DNA from: Kiritimatiellia bacterium
GTDB lineage: Bacteria > Verrucomicrobiota > Kiritimatiellia > B70-G9
Assembly: GCA_029934055.1 (NCBI GenBank)
Contig: JAOZMZ010000003.1
Location: forward strand, 8,692 to 72,691
Direction: 5' to 3'
DNA: 64,000 bases
In this document: positions 63,068-64,000 of the stretch, one piece after another
How positions within the stretch are numbered: the stretch's first letter is position 1
Layout: the number at the start of each line of letters is the position of its first letter
Position numbers and translations under genes: made by a program
The notes under the pieces: generated by a model
What the model was told of the DNA's origin: nothing
Database searches by the model: none
The model's input: only the letters and a program-made list of their open reading frames with translations

Positions 63068-64000
63068 TCAGTCGCGGTGCCGGACGGGTTCGGCGCGGGT
63101 TTCCGTCAGCGGACTGGTGGTCACCTCGACGGCCACGATGCAGATGTCGTCGGCGACGGGTTCATCCCCGATGAAGTTGATAGCCGCCTCGTAGAGGGCG
63201 TCGACGATCTGATGGACGTCCTTGTACATGACCGAACGGATCACGCTTTCCATGCGTTTGATGCCGAATTCTTCTCCCCGGGCGTCATGGGCCTCGTAGA
63301 GACCGTCGGTGAAGAATATGAAGACGTCGCCGTCCACCAGTCGGCAGTGGCCCCCGGTGTATTTTTCGTCCGGTATCAATCCCATGGCGGCCCCGTGGGG
63401 TTCCGGCACGGGCAGGCGGGCGATGCGGCCGATACTGCGGCGCACATGGAACGGGGAGGGATGGCCCGCCGAGGTATAGGTGGCCACGCGAGCGGTCGTA
63501 TCGGCCACGAAGTAGAAGGCCGATGCGAACTGGGGGGTTGGGATTGTGCGGATCATGCGGCAGAACTGCTTGTTCATTTCGCCGATGAAATGGCGGGCGT
63601 TGCGCCCCTGGACGGCAAGGTCGCCCATCAGCGTACGCAGAATCGAAGTTATCAGCGCGCTGCGCGTACCGTGCCCCATTACGTCGGCTATGAAGACTCC
63701 GGCGCAGTCGGGGCCGAGGGTGATGATGTCGAAGAAGTCACCTCCGAGCGCCAAGGCGGGATGGTAGCAGTGATGAAATTCGAGGCGGAGACGCCCCTCG
63801 ATGTGTACAGCGGGAATGCGCGGATAAGGCCGGTCGAGGTAGGCCATCTGGAATTCGCGCGCCAGTTCCAGGTCGTGCTGCATCTCCGTCGTCCGGGCGG
63901 CGACCTCCTGTTCCGCTTCGGAACGGATTTCGCGCAGCCACTCCTCCAATTTTTCTTCCAGCGATCCTTCGGAAATGTGTGAAGGCCCGGCCAGCCCGGG
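63068..64000 (-). CDS. PP2C/SpoIIE-family (RsbU-like) serine/threonine phosphatase; 5' end outside the window
   Basis: ALGGDFFDII...GVFIADVMGHGTRSALITSIL...FFTDGLYEA.... The frame stays open to nt 64000 (PGLAGPSHISEGSLEEKLEEW...), so the TTG at 63949 in the ORF track is probably internal. Confidence 0.8.
   Translation of the reverse strand, partial: PGLAGPSHISEGSLEEKLEEWLREIRSEAEQEVAARTTEMQHDLELAREFQMAYLDRPYPRIPAVHIEGRLRLEFHHCYHPALALGGDFFDIITLGPDCAGVFIADVMGHGTRSALITSILRTLMGDLAVQGRNARHFIGEMNKQFCRMIRTIPTPQFASAFYFVADTTARVATYTSAGHPSPFHVRRSIGRIARLPVPEPHGAAMGLIPDEKYTGGHCRLVDGDVFIFFTDGLYEAHDARGEEFGIKRMESVIRSVMYKDVHQIVDALYEAAINFIGDEPVADDICIVAVEVTTSPLTETRAEPVRHRD

Noticed and set aside
1-64000. Search for CRISPR arrays, tRNA/rRNA genes, transposases, integrases, phage genes, toxin-antitoxin pairs or known defence systems
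   Set aside because: I saw no direct-repeat/spacer periodicity, no recombinase or transposase motifs, and no phage structural genes. The window looks like core chromosome with accessory glycan-related genes rather than a mobile island.

Overview
High-GC window (about 60-65% by eye, not computed). It is densely coding, with about 54 protein genes on both strands. I found no rRNA, tRNA, CRISPR array, transposase or integrase. Ten gene junctions have 4-nt start/stop overlaps (ATGA or GTGA), so most genes sit in tight operons. Lineage is an inference only: three dispersed prepilin-type N-methylation-domain genes (one with a C-terminal H-X9-DG motif), large secreted glycan-binding proteins and many PAS/GAF kinases suggest a PVC-group bacterium (Verrucomicrobiota, Kiritimatiellota, Lentisphaerota or Planctomycetota). 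Housekeeping genes recognised: rsmA, a truncated pdxA-like gene, pyrC, ilvC, serC, gcvT, fxsA, an HMG-CoA synthase, a 2-oxoacid dehydrogenase E1alpha/E1beta/E2 set, malic enzyme, a purine permease, and EamA and cation/proton transporters. Loci most worth a second look: (1) a 1,926-aa secreted GH26-like enzyme whose catalytic barrel appears split by a ~1,250-aa array of full and half CBM-like modules. It is translationally coupled to a small CBM-like protein and is followed by a PAS kinase / FIST / hybrid kinase trio and a polysaccharide-priming locus. (2) An EndoQ-like PHP + zinc-ribbon nuclease fused to a UvrD-type helicase. (3) Two different LemA modules: Zn-ribbon / LemA / M48 peptidase, and TPM / nucleotidyltransferase / LemA. 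(4) A tail-anchored, lysine-rich disordered protein with about 10 T-x-x-[IVL] repeats, alongside a membrane FHA protein and a PP2C phosphatase in the same window. (5) A glycosidase-like ORF separated from its malectin-type domain by two in-frame TGA codons. (6) A 430-nt hairpin-rich non-coding region next to the truncated pdxA-like gene. All family assignments come from motif recognition by eye. No database search was run.
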